A stretch of DNA of 64,000 bases from Christensenellaceae bacterium (GCA_963667795.1 OY764017.1:2356079-2420078); one strand, 5' to 3'; shown: positions 27,718-38,073, counted from the stretch's first letter. The notes: generated by a model from the sequence alone, not told the origin. Numbers and translations are program-made.

Positions 27718-29616
27718 GTGTCTAAACTGAAAGATTTAATCCGGTACTTTGGCATGCCATTGGTCGTTGTCGCCATCATGATTACAACATTCATCGCATT
27801 CCGAACGCAAATCGCCTCCGAAATTCAGCAGGGAACGTACCAGATATTGCGGGAGTCATCACTTCAGCAAAAAAACGATGTTGTGAAATATCTAACCATG
27901 GTGGTTCGGAGAGCTGAAATCGTTACGGAATACAACAAAAACACCGGTAAAATTACATTGACGGAGACGCTGAAGACTGAACTTTCCGATAGCGACGTGA
28001 GCGAGGATTCAAGCGTTCGCGTAGGGTATGCTGATATGCAGGGCCGTGTCCTGTATGGCGATACAGACGTAATCGACGTTTCGCAAAAAGAGTGGTTTTG
28101 CTCTGGCTTAAAGGGGAAAAGTGATATTTCATTGTACCCATCTACGGTCAACGGCGGGCGTGACGATGTTTTGATCTCCGTTCCCGCATTTTTGGACGAT
28201 ACCGTAAGCGGCGTCCTGTTTGCAATTCTGCCAAACCACACGGTTTCCAACCTGATTGCGACGACCGCATATGAAGGCAAAGCGGTATCTGGCGTTTGTG
28301 ACACGGAAGGAAATTTAATCTTTACAGAACGGGATTTTGAGTTTGGATATCGTCTGGAAAATGTTTTTAGCCTGATTCAGGATGATTCTTTGGAAAACAG
28401 TTTTACACAGACTTGGTTAAAGCAGGCTATGCGTAACTCGGAAGAGAAAGATTTTTATTTTTACTACGAAGGGGAACGGTACTACACGGTTATCCAGCCT
28501 ATCGGCATTAGGGATTGGTATGTGTTTTCAACTGTCGACGGAACAACGGCCGACACGATCCAACGGCACGTAAGCACGTATGTTTCCTCAATGTTTTTGA
28601 TTGTATTTGCAGTCGGCATTGCAATGATTCTCGAAGCGTTTTTGCACGAAAGAACAACGGTAAAGCGGCTGGAACAAGATAAAGAACTGCTTCGCCAAAG
28701 CAGCGCGCGATATGCTTTGATCAATCGTCTGTCAAACGAAGTGCTCTTCACGGTCAATATGGAGAATGGCAATATTGATTTTAACGACAACTTCGAAACG
28801 ATGTTCGGCTTTTCGCCACCGGAATGCTCCATCGACAACCCGGAGTCGTACACCCAACTGGTGGTTGAAAGTGACCGGCCGCAGTTTATGCGGTTTGTCG
28901 AGCGCATGCTGTCCGGCGCAGCGGAAGCGCAAGAAGAGTTGCGCATGATCAATGCTCGCGGCGTAAGCCGATGGAAGCATCTGGAGATCTATTCGGTTTT
29001 TGACAGTGAAGGACGATCAACAGAAGCCGTGGGCAAAATATCAGATATCCATCGGCAGAAACAGTCGTTGCAGCGCCTTAAGAAGCAAGCGGACAGCGAT
29101 TCTTTGACTGGGCTGCTCAATCGATCCGCAATGGAGCGCTACACGCGGGAGTTTCTTGACGGAGAAGGAAAAGAAACGAAGCATGCATTTTTTATACTGG
29201 ATTTTGATAACTTTAAACAGGTGAACGACACGCTGGGCCATGCAGAAGGCGATCAGATGCTTGTTGCGTTTGCATACGCCGCCAAGCGTTTGTTCCGTAC
29301 GGGAGATCTCATTGCGCGAATCGGCGGGGACGAGTATACGATGCTTATGAAAACGATCGATTCGGATGAAAGCGCGCTTGAAAAAGCCGAACAGATGCGC
29401 AGGGCGATGGGGCGAGTGAGCGCAGAGTTTAAGTTCAATGTGACCGTCAGTATCGGAATTGCGATGTTTGATCGGGATGGTAAAACGTTTGAGGAGCTGT
29501 ACAAAGCCGCGGACGCAGCTCTCTATAACGTCAAGAAATCCGGAAAAGACGATTGCGTATTTTGTAGCGCTGCGGATATAATAACGAAACGGGATAAAAA
29601 CGATACGGAGGATTAA
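27718..29616 (+). CDS. Sensor diguanylate cyclase (N-terminal TM + Cache-like periplasmic domain, PAS, GGDEF)
   Basis: The GTG at 27718 is preceded by ggagg; an alternative ATG lies at 27667. The GGDEF domain runs 'DSLTGLLNR..FILDFDNFKQVND..GH..GD', with the active-site variant 'RIGGDEY' and the I-site 'RTGD' five residues upstream. Confidence 0.85.
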   Translation: MSKLKDLIRYFGMPLVVVAIMITTFIAFRTQIASEIQQGTYQILRESSLQQKNDVVKYLTMVVRRAEIVTEYNKNTGKITLTETLKTELSDSDVSEDSSVRVGYADMQGRVLYGDTDVIDVSQKEWFCSGLKGKSDISLYPSTVNGGRDDVLISVPAFLDDTVSGVLFAILPNHTVSNLIATTAYEGKAVSGVCDTEGNLIFTERDFEFGYRLENVFSLIQDDSLENSFTQTWLKQAMRNSEEKDFYFYYEGERYYTVIQPIGIRDWYVFSTVDGTTADTIQRHVSTYVSSMFLIVFAVGIAMILEAFLHERTTVKRLEQDKELLRQSSARYALINRLSNEVLFTVNMENGNIDFNDNFETMFGFSPPECSIDNPESYTQLVVESDRPQFMRFVERMLSGAAEAQEELRMINARGVSRWKHLEIYSVFDSEGRSTEAVGKISDIHRQKQSLQRLKKQADSDSLTGLLNRSAMERYTREFLDGEGKETKHAFFILDFDNFKQVNDTLGHAEGDQMLVAFAYAAKRLFRTGDLIARIGGDEYTMLMKTIDSDESALEKAEQMRRAMGRVSAEFKFNVTVSIGIAMFDRDGKTFEELYKAADAALYNVKKSGKDDCVFCSAADIITKRDKNDTED

Positions 29617-29641
29617 GAAAACGGAACAGCAGAAACAAACG

Positions 29642-30112
29642 GTGAAGCTCACCAAAAAACAAAATGTGTTTCAGGGACTGAAGTTCCTGCTCTTTTCCTG
29701 CTCAGCCGGACTGATTGAAATGGGCTCGTTTGCTCTGCTCAACGAAACCATGGAGTGGAGCTATTGGCCAAGCTATCTTATCGCGTTGACATTGTCGGTC
29801 CTTTTTAATTTTACGGTCAATCGAAAGTTTACATTTAAGTCGGCAAAGAACGTACCGTTGGCTATGATGCAGGTGATCGGGTACTATCTCGTGTTTACAC
29901 CGCTTTCCACCTGGTGGGGCGAAGCGTTGACCCGCGTTGGGTGGAATGAATACATCATTCTGTTCGGAACCATGGTAATCAACCTTGTTACAGAGTTTAG
30001 CTTTTATCGATTTGTGGTGTACAGAAATCATCTTTTCACCAACAAAGCAGCTCAAAAAGAATTGGAGAAGATAGCTGACGAAGAAGCGGCAAGCGAAATC
30101 CCGGTGGAATAA
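29642..30112 (+). CDS. GtrA-family membrane protein
   Basis: 156 aa with 4 TM segments. 'FLLFSCSAGLIEMGSFALL' and 'FNFTVNRKFTFKS' are present. Confidence 0.75.
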   Translation: MKLTKKQNVFQGLKFLLFSCSAGLIEMGSFALLNETMEWSYWPSYLIALTLSVLFNFTVNRKFTFKSAKNVPLAMMQVIGYYLVFTPLSTWWGEALTRVGWNEYIILFGTMVINLVTEFSFYRFVVYRNHLFTNKAAQKELEKIADEEAASEIPVE

Positions 30113-30120
30113 CAGATAAT

Positions 30121-30156
30121 AAAAAAGCGCTTCGGCCAAGACCGAAGCGCTTTTTT
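30121..30156. terminator. Bidirectional rho-independent terminator
   Basis: aaaaaagcgcttcgg-ccaaga-ccgaagcgctttttt forms a perfect 9-bp GC-rich stem flanked by A6 and T6. Confidence 0.9.
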
Positions 30157-30178
30157 GTGTACCATTAGAAAGATCGAC

Positions 30179-31033
30179 CTATTCGATCGGCTTGAAACCT
30201 TCGCCGTGAACTTCCGTTGCATCGGTAACGAAGATAAACGCACGATTGTCCGCGATTTTCACCGCCTTCATCGTTTGCGCAAACGTGTTGCGCCGCGTAA
30301 CCAGCATCAGCACGTGCTTGTCACGCTTTGTATAGCCGCCGCGTCCTTGCAAAACAGTCACGCCGCGGCCAAGTTCACCGGCAATCAGGGAAAGGATCTC
30401 CTCGCCGCGCTCAGTCACGATGTAGATGACCTTTGCATGGTCAACGCCCTGCATAATGGCGTCGATGGTACGCGTGGTGACAAAGATGGTTACGATGGAA
30501 TACAAGGCGACCTCGATATCCCGAAAAACGAACACGGCAAACAGCACGACCGTTGCGTCCACCACCAAAAGCAGGGAACCGACGGAAAAGTTCGGAAAGA
30601 TGCGATTGAGCAACAGACTGATCAGGTCGGTTCCGCCGGTCGTCGCGCCGCGAACGAAGATCATGCCCATGCCGATGCCGGAGAGTACGCCGCCAAGCAC
30701 CGAAGCCAGCAGTATATTGTTGGTATACGGCGGAAGGATCAACGTGAATACGTCGATCAGCAGCGATAGCAACAATGTCGCCAGCACCGTCTTCAGCAAG
30801 GGGCGCAGGCCAAGTTTCCACCATGAGAGAAGCATGAGTGGAATATTCAGAAGAAGGGCCCAAATACCGACGGTGATGGGAGAAATATAAGCCAGCGCGG
30901 TCGCAAGACCGGAGACGCCGCCGGGCGCGATATTGTTTGGAATGGTGAATAAAACCAACCCCGCCGCGATGAGCGCGCTGCCGAAAATGATCGCGACGAT
31001 ATCAAAAAACCAAGCGCGCGCAGACTGCTTCAT
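30179..31033 (-). CDS. YitT-family membrane protein (DUF2179 C-terminal domain)
   Basis: 'FTIPNNIAPGGVSGLATALAY' is the YitT motif. The protein has 5-6 TM segments and a soluble C-terminal domain. Confidence 0.8.
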   Translation of the reverse strand: MKQSARAWFFDIVAIIFGSALIAAGLVLFTIPNNIAPGGVSGLATALAYISPITVGIWALLLNIPLMLLSWWKLGLRPLLKTVLATLLLSLLIDVFTLILPPYTNNILLASVLGGVLSGIGMGMIFVRGATTGGTDLISLLLNRIFPNFSVGSLLLVVDATVVLFAVFVFRDIEVALYSIVTIFVTTRTIDAIMQGVDHAKVIYIVTERGEEILSLIAGELGRGVTVLQGRGGYTKRDKHVLMLVTRRNTFAQTMKAVKIADNRAFIFVTDATEVHGEGFKPIE

Positions 31034-32154
31034 TACGGATTCAGCCCTTTCAGCGATTCGGGTAGGAACAGCCCGTCTTTGCGGATCATCTTGCCGTCAA
31101 ACCAGATTTCGCCGCCGCCGAACGCTGCGGTCTGGATGCAGACGATGTCGAGATGCAGTTGTGACTTGTTGCCGTTAAATGCGTCGGCATAAGCGCAGCC
31201 GGGTGTGAGATGGAATGATCCGCCGATTTTTTCATCGTACAGGGTGTTGCCGATGGAGCGTGTGACGGCGTTGTTGACGCCGATGGCAAATTCACCGAGA
31301 TAGCGCGCGCCTTCGTCCGCGTCCAGCATTTCGTTGAACCCGGCGACGTCTCCGTCGCAGCTTGCTTTGTCGATATGGCCGTCTTTGAAGACAAGTCGGG
31401 GGTTGTCAAACTTTTTACCGTAGCGCATGGCCGGCGTATTGTACTGCACAACGCCGTTTGCGCTGTCCCTTACCGGCGCGGTGTACACTTCGCCGTCAGG
31501 GATGTTCAATTCGCCGTGGCAGGGTACAACTGGGATATCCTTGATGGAGAACGTCAGATCGGTTCCGGGGCCGACAAGGCGAACCATATCGGTTTTTTCC
31601 ATCAGCTCGACCAGCGGTTCCATGTCTTTCGCCATTTTTTTGTAGTTCACGAGTGTGGCCGAAAGGAAGAATTCATAGAAATCGTCGTAACACATGCCGG
31701 CCTTCTGTGCGTCCGCCATAGTGGGCCAGTGCAAATAGACCCAACGACGCTCGTCAATAATTTTATCGCGCAGGGCTCTGCGGGCATTGCGGTAATAGGT
31801 CAGCGCACCGGTGTCGACAGCGGAAAGCTCTGCGTCGTTTTCGTCCACGCCGATGTCGATGTGTGCCGACATGTGGTCCCAGTATTTGTTTTCCCATTCA
31901 AGCTGTGCATCGATGGCGGATTTTGCTTTTTCCGGGTGTTCGGGGTCGATAAAGCCGAAGAACAGGCGGCTGATCTCGTCGTCCGTCACCTTAACAAACG
32001 GTACGGCATCGATTGCGTGCGCGCGCTTCAAAAGCGATTTGATCAGAGGCTTCGCCGGGACGCCGCCGTTGATTTCAAAGAGTTCACCGGGTTGTAATTT
32101 TAGAGAATAATTCAATAGCAAATCAGAAAGGCGATCCAATCGTTCGTCGTGCAT
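31033..32154 (-). CDS. Aminopeptidase, M29 family (AmpS/PepS-like)
   Basis: 373 aa. 'RLDRLSDLLLNYSLKLQPGE' and 'GEFAIGVN..IGNTLYDEKIGGSFHLTPG' match the M29 architecture. Confidence 0.75.
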   Translation of the reverse strand: MHDERLDRLSDLLLNYSLKLQPGELFEINGGVPAKPLIKSLLKRAHAIDAVPFVKVTDDEISRLFFGFIDPEHPEKAKSAIDAQLEWENKYWDHMSAHIDIGVDENDAELSAVDTGALTYYRNARRALRDKIIDERRWVYLHWPTMADAQKAGMCYDDFYEFFLSATLVNYKKMAKDMEPLVELMEKTDMVRLVGPGTDLTFSIKDIPVVPCHGELNIPDGEVYTAPVRDSANGVVQYNTPAMRYGKKFDNPRLVFKDGHIDKASCDGDVAGFNEMLDADEGARYLGEFAIGVNNAVTRSIGNTLYDEKIGGSFHLTPGCAYADAFNGNKSQLHLDIVCIQTAAFGGGEIWFDGKMIRKDGLFLPESLKGLNP

Positions 32155-32183
32155 AATAAATCCTCCTTTTACGCTCTTCGATT

Positions 32184-32212
32184 ATTCTATAGCAAAAGAA
32201 GGCGTACTTCAA
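32184..32212 (-). promoter_or_regulatory. Sigma-70-like promoter TTGAAG-17-TAGAAT upstream of the aminopeptidase
   Basis: The minus strand reads ttgaagtacgccttcttttgctatagaat. Confidence 0.4.
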
Positions 32213-32302
32213 CACCGTGCGCTGGTAGAAAACAGTATATATAATAAGGACGAAAGCATGTTTGCCTTCGCCCTTTGCGTTTTGGTGTTTTACTTTAATG
32301 GA

Positions 32303-32998
32303 TTACCGCCGTGTACGGTTGGCCAAGGCAAGCAGGCGCAGAAAGCTGACAAGCGACGCAATCGCCGCCCACACATAGGTCATTGCGGCGGCATTGAGTA
32401 CTTTCCGCGCGCCGTCGGACTCGTCATAGGTGATGTAGTTGCCTTCCTCCAACATGCGCAGTGCGCGGCTGGACGCATTGAATTCCACGGGCAGCGTCGC
32501 TATCTGGAACACCAGCATCGCGCCGAACAGAACAACGCCGATCATGGCGAGATTATAACTGCCCATGAACAAACCAAGGATAACGATCCAGGGCGCCGCA
32601 TACGAACCGATGGACGCAACGGGCAAAATTGCATTGCGCAATCGAATCGGCATATAGCCTTCCTGATATTGCATCACATGACCGATTTCGTGTGCCGCAA
32701 CGGCGATGGCGGCGATAGAGTTTTGCCCATATACCTGCGTGGACAGGCCGACGACGCCGTTTTTCGGGTCATAGTGGTCGGTCAGGCTGCCTTGCACCGG
32801 TTCGATCTGGACGTTACTGTTTCCGTTATAAAGCAACTGCTGCGCAACCTGCTCTGCGCGCATGCCGGAAGAAACCGACTTATCGGAAAATTGTTGAAAG
32901 GTTTTTTGAACCTTGTTCTGTGCGAATAAACTAAAGCCCATGACCACAAATAGCAGCAGGATATATAGTATGTCGGTCGAGCCGTAGCCAAAGTACAT
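32303..32998 (-). CDS. Membrane zinc metallopeptidase (YugP / Zn_peptidase_2 family)
   Basis: 231 aa with an N-terminal TM segment, the motif 'HEIGHVMQ' (HExxH) and C-terminal TM segments. Confidence 0.8.
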   Translation of the reverse strand: MYFGYGSTDILYILLLFVVMGFSLFAQNKVQKTFQQFSDKSVSSGMRAEQVAQQLLYNGNSNVQIEPVQGSLTDHYDPKNGVVGLSTQVYGQNSIAAIAVAAHEIGHVMQYQEGYMPIRLRNAILPVASIGSYAAPWIVILGLFMGSYNLAMIGVVLFGAMLVFQIATLPVEFNASSRALRMLEEGNYITYDESDGARKVLNAAAMTYVWAAIASLVSFLRLLALANRTRR

Positions 32999-33223
32999 GT
33001 GGTTCCCCTCCTTATTATGTAGCGTTAGTATACCACAGCAAGACGCACGGTACAGCGCTTTTCACGATCGTTTCCAATTCGGACGCGATTAATACAAAAA
33101 ACGAAGGGCGATACGGCAAAAAAAGAACGAGAAAAGCGCATATTGCCGGAAAAAAGCGGTTTGCAATGATAAAATGTGGTATACTAGCTAGAAATCCAAA
33201 TTCTTAACAGCGAGGTTATCGCC

Positions 33224-34603
33224 ATGACGCTCAAATTGTCACAGATTCAAAAATCACCGGAATCGTACGCAGGACAGATCGCGGTTTGCGGCTGGGTGCG
33301 CACCGTACGCGAGGGTAAAACCCTCGGGTTCGTAGAACTGACCGACGGAAGCTGCTTTAAGCCCGTGCAGATCGTTTACGAACGCGATGATCGAAATCTT
33401 GGCAACGGGCTGTCCACCGGCTGCGCAATCGCGGTGCAAGGAGCGCTCGTTTTGACGCCGGACGCACCGCAGCCGTTTGAAATCCGCGCGGAGGAAATCG
33501 TGGTCGAAGGCAGCTGCCCGAGCGATTATCCACTGCAGAAAAAACGGCATACGCTGGAATATCTGCGCACCATTCAGCATCTGCGTCCGCGCACGAACAC
33601 CTTTCAGGCGACGTTTCGCGTGCGCTCGGTCGTTGCCGCGGCCATTCATGAGTTTTTCCAGCAGAACGGGTTTGTGTATGTGCACACCCCGCTGATCACG
33701 GGCTCCGACTGCGAAGGCGCGGGCGAAATGTTCCAGGTAACAACCTTGCCGCTGACCGATATTCCGAAGAATGACGACGGCGCAGTGGACTTTTCCGGCG
33801 ACTTTTTCGGAAAACCTGCGAACCTGACCGTCTCCGGACAGCTTTACGGCGAGGCGTTTGCGCTTGCGTTCCGGGACATCTATACATTCGGACCGACATT
33901 CCGTGCCGAATACAGCTTTACCGCGCGGCACGCCGCGGAGTTTTGGATGATCGAACCCGAAATGGCGTTCTGCGACCTCGCGGACGATCTCGACGTCGCC
34001 GAGGCCATGATCAAGTTCATCATCAAGACTGTTCTCGATCGCTGCCCTGCGGAGATGGAGTTTTTCAACAAATTTATCGACAAAGGATTGCTGGAGCGAC
34101 TGGATAACGTGCTCAACAATGAGTTTGTCCGCCTGAGTTATACAAAGGCTGTCGAACAGTTGAAAGCCTCCGGTGCGGACTTCAAATACCCGGTTGAATG
34201 GGGACTGGAACTCCAGACCGAGCACGAACGCTATCTGACCGAACAGGTCTACAAATGTCCGGTTTTCGTAACGGATTATCCCAAGGGCGTAAAGGCATTC
34301 TACATGCGCGTCAATGACGACAACGAGACCGTCGCGGCGGCGGACCTGCTCGTCCCCGGCGTCGGTGAGATCATCGGCGGCAGTCAGCGTGAAGAGCGGC
34401 TGGACGTGCTGGAACAGCGCATCGAAGAACTCGGCATGGATTTGGGTCAGTATGACTGGTATCTTGAACTGCGCAAGTACGGCGGGGTCAAGCACGCGGG
34501 CTTCGGCCTCGGCTTTGAGCGCATGGTCATGTATGTCACCGGCATGCAGAACATCCGCGACGTACTGCCGTTCCCACGCACGACAAGCAACATGGAGATG
34601 TAG
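33224..34603 (+). CDS. asnS: Asparagine--tRNA ligase
   Basis: 459 aa. It has an OB-fold N-terminus ('[23 protein letters not shown]') and class II motifs 'FRAE', '[11 protein letters not shown]' and '[15 protein letters not shown]'. Confidence 0.9.
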   Translation: MTLKLSQIQKSPESYAGQIAVCGWVRTVREGKTLGFVELTDGSCFKPVQIVYERDDRNLGNGLSTGCAIAVQGALVLTPDAPQPFEIRAEEIVVEGSCPSDYPLQKKRHTLEYLRTIQHLRPRTNTFQATFRVRSVVAAAIHEFFQQNGFVYVHTPLITGSDCEGAGEMFQVTTLPLTDIPKNDDGAVDFSGDFFGKPANLTVSGQLYGEAFALAFRDIYTFGPTFRAEYSFTARHAAEFWMIEPEMAFCDLADDLDVAEAMIKFIIKTVLDRCPAEMEFFNKFIDKGLLERLDNVLNNEFVRLSYTKAVEQLKASGADFKYPVEWGLELQTEHERYLTEQVYKCPVFVTDYPKGVKAFYMRVNDDNETVAAADLLVPGVGEIIGGSQREERLDVLEQRIEELGMDLGQYDWYLELRKYGGVKHAGFGLGFERMVMYVTGMQNIRDVLPFPRTTSNMEM

Positions 34604-34635
34604 GACAGCCGGAAAACCAACCAGGCAAAGAGAGA

Positions 34636-34680
34636 GACGCACTTGTAACGGACGATTGCAAGCGCGTCTTTGCATCTTTC
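34636..34680 (+). terminator. Putative rho-independent terminator after asnS
   Basis: gacgcacttg (34636-45) pairs with caagcgcgtc (34658-67) with one mismatch. A T-rich tail follows. Confidence 0.5.
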
Positions 34681-34729
34681 GAATAAATTGCGATTCGATT
34701 TTCTTTTAACCGGATAAGTCGGAGGGACA

Positions 34730-35584
34730 ATGATAAAAGTATTAGCCGAAGAGATGCTGGAACAAGCGGTGGAGCTGTCCTGGCGGCTGTGCCAAAGCGT
34801 TTCCACGCGCAGTTATCCGCTGTTTCAAAGCAAACAGGCAATCCGGAAAGCGTATCTCATGCGCCAAAAGGAAGAGCACGGGGAATTGCTGGGTTGTTTT
34901 TCCGGGAAAGCACTGATCGGCGTGTGCGCCTTCTTCGTCATTCCATCGGATACCTACCTTCAGACGGTTGCTTTTTATATCGAACGGGATTACCCAAAAA
35001 CCATAACCGAATTCCTCGATTATTTGAAAGAGAATTATCCGGATTATTCGGTCAACATCGGCCTTCCGTTCGAAAACACCGCCGTTGCGGGGGCGCTGGA
35101 GCAGAACGGATTCGATTTGGCGGAGGACAGCTTTGATATGCGCTTGGATTTAAATGATTTTACATGTAGCGGCAGATCAAAAGAACCCGCCTTGCGGTTA
35201 ACGGCGGATCGATACGCAGAATATAAAAAATTTCACGATCTGCATTTCCCGGATATCTACTGGAATGCGCAACGCCTGCTGTCCGACATTGCGCGCTGGC
35301 GAATTTTCGTCCATTTAAGAGACGGAAAAATCGACGGGGGCATATTCGTCATGCCGCAAAGCAAAATGGCGGAGATATTTGGATTGTGGGCGCCGGATGC
35401 GGAAATTGCAGGTGAATTGCTGTGCGGTTCAATTCAGGCAGTGACAACTGAAAACACGAATATCGGGGAGATAATCTTTTTTGTGGAAGAAGACGAGACG
35501 CATAATTTGAATGCAGCGGAGGCGTGCGGTTTTTGCTGTGCGGCGCATTATCAGCTTTGGAGTAGCAAAACACATGACGCTTGA
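34730..35584 (+). CDS. Hypothetical protein, possibly a tandem GNAT-fold acetyltransferase
   Basis: 284 aa in two similar-sized halves with GNAT-like beta-strand/helix patterns ('LIGVCAFFVIP', 'GGIFVMP..EIFGLW'). No firm motif was found. Confidence 0.35.
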   Translation: MIKVLAEEMLEQAVELSWRLCQSVSTRSYPLFQSKQAIRKAYLMRQKEEHGELLGCFSGKALIGVCAFFVIPSDTYLQTVAFYIERDYPKTITEFLDYLKENYPDYSVNIGLPFENTAVAGALEQNGFDLAEDSFDMRLDLNDFTCSGRSKEPALRLTADRYAEYKKFHDLHFPDIYWNAQRLLSDIARWRIFVHLRDGKIDGGIFVMPQSKMAEIFGLWAPDAEIAGELLCGSIQAVTTENTNIGEIIFFVEEDETHNLNAAEACGFCCAAHYQLWSSKTHDA

Positions 35585-35605
35585 AATTCGATAGATAGAG
35601 AATAT

Positions 35606-35629
35606 AAAAAGAGCCTTACGGCTCTTTTA
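35606..35629. terminator. Bidirectional rho-independent terminator
   Basis: aaaagagcc-ttac-ggctctttt lies between convergent genes. Confidence 0.8.
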
Positions 35630-35634
35630 TATAT

Positions 35635-35922
35635 TCAATGTTCTTTTCTTTCCGGCGGCCTTTGTGCATTGGTACCGATCTTTTTCCAGCGGGCGGCTTC
35701 TTCGGCACGCTGGCGTATATAGCGGGCGTGATGACGATTATCAGCAACGGTCGCAGCCGCCAGTGCGATTGTGGCAAGGCAGTACAGTACGATGTATACA
35801 ATGCTGACGGTACTGGTCAAAAACCCCATCGTCGGGTTGTAATAATTCAGAATGACCAGCGTTATAAACACACCGGAAAAGACGAGGCAAATATGGGACA
35901 TAATGCTTCGAAACTTTCTCAT
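35635..35922 (-). CDS. Small membrane protein (2 TM segments, basic C-terminal tail)
   Basis: 95 aa. Two hydrophobic segments are present, and it overlaps the upstream gene by 4 nt. No family was recognised. Confidence 0.5.
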   Translation of the reverse strand: MRKFRSIMSHICLVFSGVFITLVILNYYNPTMGFLTSTVSIVYIVLYCLATIALAAATVADNRHHARYIRQRAEEAARWKKIGTNAQRPPERKEH

Positions 35923-36944
35923 TCGGTATCGCTCCCTCCAAAGTAGATGATGTCGCTGACCGTTCTTCCGCCTTTGTACGGCTGGTTGACGATCAGGCCG
36001 TTGTAAACCATCATGGCGGTCTGCCCGCCGTCAAGATTATAAGCGTCCACGCAGCCAAGGTCGATAAATGTTTGTGAAAGCTGCTCAAGCGTCATGCCGC
36101 GTGAATATCCACTCTGCCGTCCGTCGACCGTAATCAGGCAGTAATGACCGGGCTCGTAATAGCCGATAGCCGAACGCGGATTGCGGCTGATGATTGTTGC
36201 AGTGGTGTTGTAACTGTCGGGAACCTGCCCGTTGTCGATCAGTTTTGGCCCGAATGACCATCCCTGATACGCGCCGCGTTCGATGACGGATTCCAGATCA
36301 AACGCGTCTTCGTAATAACTCTCCATCACGCCGTCGGCATAAAGGATACACACGTCGCTGTTGACACTGTCGCGGTAAAGGTCTCCGTTGCGGATGACAA
36401 TGCCGCTTGAACGACCGCCGTAATAGTCGCCGGAAATCGCCACGATAGCGTTGTTGTTTGTGGCAATAACCGTCGGCATGGCAGCATACCCGCGGCCAAA
36501 CGTTCCGTTTGAAAAGGCGGTTTTAAATTCCTGAATGTTTTTAATCCAAACGTCGGCCACATAATAAACGGCATCGTAATTCTCTTTTTGCGTAATGACG
36601 ATGCGCAATGTGTCCGAAATAGAACTGCCGTAAACGCCTTCCTCAACTGTTTCGTCAGAAGGGAATGTTGCGGAAAAGTCGCCGGGCGCAGGCGTCGGCG
36701 TTGGTTCGGGCGTCGGCGAAACGGTCGACAAGGCTTCCATGTCGTTCGTCTCTGCGGCCGGTTCCGGGGTAACGACGACCGCAGCCGGCGTTGCCGTATC
36801 ACTAAAAACAATACTCTGCAGAGGGTCGCTGCTGTCCAGCCGCAGAATATGGTGGAACAATATGAAAACTAAAAGCATCACGCCAACGCCCAACAGATCC
36901 AAAAAAATGACCAGGAAGATGGGCAATGGCTTTTTCGGTCGCAT
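35919..36944 (-). CDS. Phosphodiester glycosidase family protein (NAGPA/DUF2233-like), membrane-anchored
   Basis: N-terminal TM segment and a PT-rich linker. 'AISGDYYGGRSSGIVIRNG', 'RSAIGY' and 'AYNLDGGQTAMMVYNG' are present. Confidence 0.7.
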   Translation of the reverse strand: MRPKKPLPIFLVIFLDLLGVGVMLLVFILFHHILRLDSSDPLQSIVFSDTATPAAVVVTPEPAAETNDMEALSTVSPTPEPTPTPAPGDFSATFPSDETVEEGVYGSSISDTLRIVITQKENYDAVYYVADVWIKNIQEFKTAFSNGTFGRGYAAMPTVIATNNNAIVAISGDYYGGRSSGIVIRNGDLYRDSVNSDVCILYADGVMESYYEDAFDLESVIERGAYQGWSFGPKLIDNGQVPDSYNTTATIISRNPRSAIGYYEPGHYCLITVDGRQSGYSRGMTLEQLSQTFIDLGCVDAYNLDGGQTAMMVYNGLIVNQPYKGGRTVSDIIYFGGSDTE

Positions 36945-37127
36945 AAGCTGTCCTTTCGGTTCAAAGATGCGGCATCCATGCCGGCAAACCGATGTCGAAG
37001 TATTTTCTGGGAATTGGCTCTGATGATATCTTTATGTATTGAAAAAAGCAATCGTCCGCAGAAAAAGCAACAGTAAATTCACAAATGTTGGGAAAAGTTG
37101 TCAAAATGTATGAAGGCTCAAAATTTT

Positions 37128-37171
37128 ATGAAAAACAAATGGCACCGCAATCCGGTTTCGGACTGCGGTGC
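37128..37171 (-). terminator. Rho-independent terminator after deoD
   Basis: The minus strand reads gcaccgcagtccgaaaccggattgcggtgc followed by catttgttttt. Confidence 0.8.
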
Positions 37172-37200
37172 TTGTGTTGTGCGATTGATTGAGAATGAAT

Positions 37201-37920
37201 TTATTCCGCGATAGTCAGGGCGACCTGCATCATATCGTGGAACGCATTCTGGCGTTCTTCGGCGGTCGTCACTTCACCGCCTTCGAGCAGATCGGAAATG
37301 GTGCAGATGGCAAGGGCTTTTTTACCAGCGCGTGCTGCGTTCATATAGAGCGCCGCAGCTTCCATTTCAACGGCGAGGATACCCAGCTTTTTCCATTCCA
37401 TCGTTCCAGCCATGCCTTTTTCGCTGTAGAAAACGTCGCTGGAAAGCAGGTTGCCGACCTTGTAGTTCAGCCCGCGTTTTTCACACTCGTCAACGGCCTT
37501 TCTAAGCGTACCGAAATCTGCAATCGGCGCGAAAGAGCCTGTCAGGCCATACTGCGAAAAATAGGCGGAATTTGTGCAGGCGCCCTGGCCAAGCACAAGG
37601 TCGAAGAGCTTCAGGTCGGGATGCATGCCGCCGGCGGAGCCGATGCGGATGATTGTCTCGACACCAAAGAAGTTATACAATTCAAAGGAATAGATACCCA
37701 TGCTCGGCATACCCATACCACTCGCCATAACGGACACGCGCTTACCTTCATAATAGCCCGTGTAGCCCTGTATACCGCGTACGTTGTTGACAAGTTCATA
37801 GTCGCTCAAATACGTCTCGGCAATAAACTTGGCGCGCAGCGGGTCGCCCGGCATTAAAACGGTTTTTGCAAAGTCTTCCGGACTGCAGCCGATATGCGGT
37901 GTGATATTCGCGTTTTTCAT
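37201..37920 (-). CDS. deoD: Purine nucleoside phosphorylase, DeoD type
   Basis: The start is at MKNANITPHIG (SD ggagg, 9-nt spacer). 'LMPGDPLRAKFIAE', 'SVMASGMGMPS' and 'RIGSAGG..' are present. 239 aa. Confidence 0.9.
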   Translation of the reverse strand: MKNANITPHIGCSPEDFAKTVLMPGDPLRAKFIAETYLSDYELVNNVRGIQGYTGYYEGKRVSVMASGMGMPSMGIYSFELYNFFGVETIIRIGSAGGMHPDLKLFDLVLGQGACTNSAYFSQYGLTGSFAPIADFGTLRKAVDECEKRGLNYKVGNLLSSDVFYSEKGMAGTMEWKKLGILAVEMEAAALYMNAARAGKKALAICTISDLLEGGEVTTAEERQNAFHDMMQVALTIAE

Positions 37921-38004
37921 AAACATAGACCTCCGATTTGATATGCTGATGATTAATTCGAGTATATCATACCCGCGCAACAAATGCACCAGAACATAAA
38001 CTGC

Positions 38005-38034
38005 TTGACAACCTTTTTTAAGCTGGACTAAACT
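38005..38034 (+). promoter_or_regulatory. Putative promoter TTGACA-18-TAAACT upstream of asnA
   Basis: Read directly from the sequence. Confidence 0.35.
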
Positions 38035-38073
38035 TATTTGAGAACCCATATAGGACTTAAGGAGGAGAACATT

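Noticed and set aside
33000-33223. A possible T-box leader upstream of asnS (also checked upstream of asnA at 37921-38073)
   Set aside because: There is no T-box consensus (..GGTGGTACCGCG-like) and no specifier-loop/terminator-antiterminator architecture. The region is also short for a T-box. Only an extended -10 (tggtatact, ~33177-33185) is visible.
33254-34675. A 473-aa antisense ORF opposite asnS
   Set aside because: It is a shadow ORF. The plus-strand frame carries all the class II aaRS motifs, and the antisense product has no recognisable features.
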